Source of the DNA: Squalus acanthias | Lineage: Eukaryota | DNA length: 64,000 bases | Reading direction: 5' to 3' | Assembly: GCA_030390025.1 (NCBI GenBank) | Contig: JASTWF010000033.1 | Span: 746,001 to 810,000, forward strand | Shown here: positions 61,235 through 64,000 of the stretch, in pieces | Position numbering within the stretch: position 1 is the stretch's first letter | Layout: each line of letters starts with the position of its first letter | Program-made: the position numbers and the translations under genes | The notes under the pieces: model-generated | Told to the model about the DNA's origin: nothing | The model's input: only the letters and a program-made list of their open reading frames with translations | Databases searched by the model: none

Positions 61235-61847
61235 CAGCTTCTTTTTAGCGTTGATTGGAGTCTGGATAACTTCGGAAGAATAATTTATTTGCTTTTTCAG
61301 AGTAAACAGAATCTTGCTTTAAAGTCTGTCTCACTAGTTCCCCAGTGTCATTGAGAGAAGCGGCAGATGCCCTCATTTATTTAATGTAACAAACAGGCAC
61401 AAACACACGTGTTCAGTAAAGTGTTCCACACAGGTTGATAAACCCTGACAACCTCCCCACTCCAAGCGATCTCCCAATGCGCTTCATAGAGGGGTGATCA
61501 AAAATATGGAAGCCCAATCCAAAGAACAAGCTATTAAAACGTTTGTCCAAAAGACACCTCAAAGCTAACGGTTTTCAGGAGCGTCTTAAAGGAGACGGAA
61601 GGTTTTGGGAAGGACATTCCAGGCTGTGAGGACAGTTTGTAACAGAGTGTGAAGAGACCAGAGTCAGAGAATCATGGAATCTTAGGATCATAGATTATTA
61701 CAGCACAGAATGAGCCCATTCGGCCCGTCCTGCCTCTGCCGTCTCTTTGAAAGAACTGGCCAATTTATTCCCAAACCCCAGATTTTCCCCATAACCCTGC
61801 TAATTAGTTCCCTTCCAATACATGTCCAATTGCCTTTAGAAAGTTTC

Positions 61848-62318
61848 TAGAAACATAGAACATAGAAACATAGAAAATTAGGAGCAGGAGTAGGCCATTC
61901 GGCCCTTCGAGTCTGCTCCGCCATTCAATATGATCATGGCTGATCCTTTATCTCAATACCATAGTCCCGCGCTCTCCCCATTCCCCTTGATGCATTTTGC
62001 GTCTAGAAATCTATCTATCGCCTTCTTAAATATATTCAGTGACTTGGCCTCCGCAGCCTTCTGTGGTAGAGAATTCCAGTGGTTCACCACACTCTGTGTG
62101 AATACATTTCTCCTCATCTCAGTCCTAAATGTCCTACCCCGTATCCTGAGACTGCGACCCCTCGTTCTAGATCCCCTCAGCCAGGGGAAACATCCTCCCT
62201 GCATTCAATCTGTCTAGCCCTGTCAGAATTTTATACGTTTCAATGACATCCCCTCTAATCCTTCTAAAGTCTCTTGAATACAGACCTAGTCGACCCAAAC
62301 TCTTCTCATATGACAGTG
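61848..62318 (-). mobile_element. CR1 3' fragment
   Basis: (aacatag)n tail; FTQSVVNHWNSLPQKAAEA. Confidence 0.85.
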
Positions 62319-63430
62319 CTGAAGACGTGTGATCCAGAACTTGCTACGCCTATATGGAAGGTGTTCCATTAGAGCTACAACCATGGCAACTACCCAACAA
62401 AATGGAAAATGGCCCGTTATATCCTGTCCACAAAGAAACAGGAAAAATCCAACCTGAGCAATTGCCGCCCCTTGAGTGTACTCTCAGTTATCAGCACGAT
62501 GATTGAAGGTGTCATCGACAGTGCGATCAAGCAGCACTTACTCACCAATAACCTGCACACCGAAGCTCAGTTTGGATTCCGCCAAGACCACGCGGCTCCA
62601 GACTTAGTCCAAACATGGAACACATAACTGAATTCCAGAGGGGAGGGAGAGTGACTGCCCTTGACATCAAGGCAGCATTTGACCGTTTGAAGCATCAAGG
62701 AGCCCGAGTAAAACTGATGTCAACGGGAATCAAGGGAAATCATACCGAGCACAACGTTGGCTGGTTTCGGTTATTGGAGGCCCAACATCTCAGACTCAGG
62801 ACATCGCTGCAGGAGTTCCTCAGGGCAGTGTCCTCGGCCCAACCATCCTCAGCTGCTTCATCAATAAACTTCCCTCCATAATAAGGTCAGAAGTCGGGAT
62901 GTTCACTGATGATTGCCATTCACAACTCCTCAGATAATGACGGAGTACATGCCCGAATGCAACAACACCTGGAAGATATTAAGGCTTGGTCTGACAAGTG
63001 GCAAGTAAAATTCGCGCCATACATGTACCACGCAATGAATATCTCCCACAACAGACAGTATAACCACCGCCCCTTGACATTCAATGTTATTACCATAGCC
63101 GAATCCCCACCATTAATATCCATTGACCAGAAACTTAACTGGACCTGCCATATAAATACTGCAGTTGCAAGAGCAGGTTAGAGCCTGGGTATTCTGCGGC
63201 AAGTGACTTACATTCTGACTCCCCAAAGCCTTTCCACCATCGAATGGCACAAGTCAGGAGTGTGATGGGATATTCATCACTTGCCTCAATGAGTGCAGCT
63301 CCAACAACACTCAAGAAGCTCGACACCATCCAGGAGAAAGCATCCCGCTTGATCGGTACCTTAACTAGCACCTTTAACATTCACTCCCTCCACGATCAAC
63401 GCACCGTGGTTGCAGTGTGTATCATCTACC
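62319..63430 (+). mobile_element. LINE fragment, same family as 40667-43372
   Basis: SNCRPLSVLSVIS..QFGFRQDH..ALDIKAAFDR..KKLDTIQEKASRLIG. A further minus-strand piece lies at ~63580-64000. Confidence 0.85.
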
Positions 63431-64000
63431 GGGAAACAGAGTTAACGTTTCAGGTCGATCGTTTTGCATCATAGAGATGTAACAGGTTTTAAGCAAGTAC
63501 AGAGCCACGGAGAGTTGGGGGGGGGGGGGGGGGGACTAAAATGAAGCTCTGTAACTGGGTTAAAGGCAGGAGTGATCTGAATCTGTCCAATTTCGCACGG
63601 TGGTTGTGCCACACTACATGGTGGAGTGTGTTCTCTGTGTGAAGACGGGATTTCTTCTCCACAAACATTGTGCGGTGGTCACTCCTGCCAATTCAGTCAT
63701 GGAGAGTTGCTACTGGGTCTTTTTTAGGACGAGTTCAAGTAGGTTTTTCCCTCGTGTTGGAACTCTCACCACCTGCCGCATGCTCAGTCTGGCAGCTATA
63801 TCCTTCAGGATTCGGCCAGCTCAGTCAGTAGTGGTGCTACCGAGCCTCTTTAAGTGATGGGCATTGAACTCCCCCACCCAGAGTATATTCTGTGCCCTGT
63901 GGTATTTAACAGGGAGGAGTAATAATTCATCAGCTGAGGTAGGTGGTAAACTGACGGAGGTTTCTTTGGTGATGGAGGAGTCTGGGACATTGGCTGAAAG

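Noticed and set aside
63517..63534. G18 run as a functional G-quadruplex
   Set aside because: It sits in a Penelope-like remnant's purine tract; homopolymer length is unreliable and there is no functional context.

Overview
Eukaryotic, repeat-dense vertebrate DNA. The repeat families and the NLR type point to a cartilaginous fish (shark); this is inference. One spliced host gene is present on the + strand: a 10-coding-exon NLR innate immune receptor (CARD-like N-terminus, FISNA-like linker, NACHT, ribonuclease-inhibitor-type LRR exons; ATG 8623, TAA 44279-44281). Its exons total 2893 nt = 964 codons + 1. A single extra A in the Walker A motif (A5 at 20944-20948) shifts the frame, and the only in-phase donor I found for exon 1 is a weak GC, so this is either a young pseudogene/allele or a sequence error. 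Most of the remainder is CR1-clade LINEs (often nested), L2 LINEs, a DeuSINE, Penelope-like remnants, a 1.3-kb solo LTR with a 4-bp TSD, a MITE and two minisatellites. Downstream lies a decaying, co-oriented tRNA cluster (Lys, Asn, Val, Trp bodies). It includes a nearly intact tRNA-Asn body carrying a Lys (CTT) anticodon. Beside it is a 181-bp palindromic Penelope-type insertion with a 12-bp TSD, whose minus strand holds an intact minimal hammerhead ribozyme core. No database searches were run: family names come from motif recognition and many TE boundaries are approximate.
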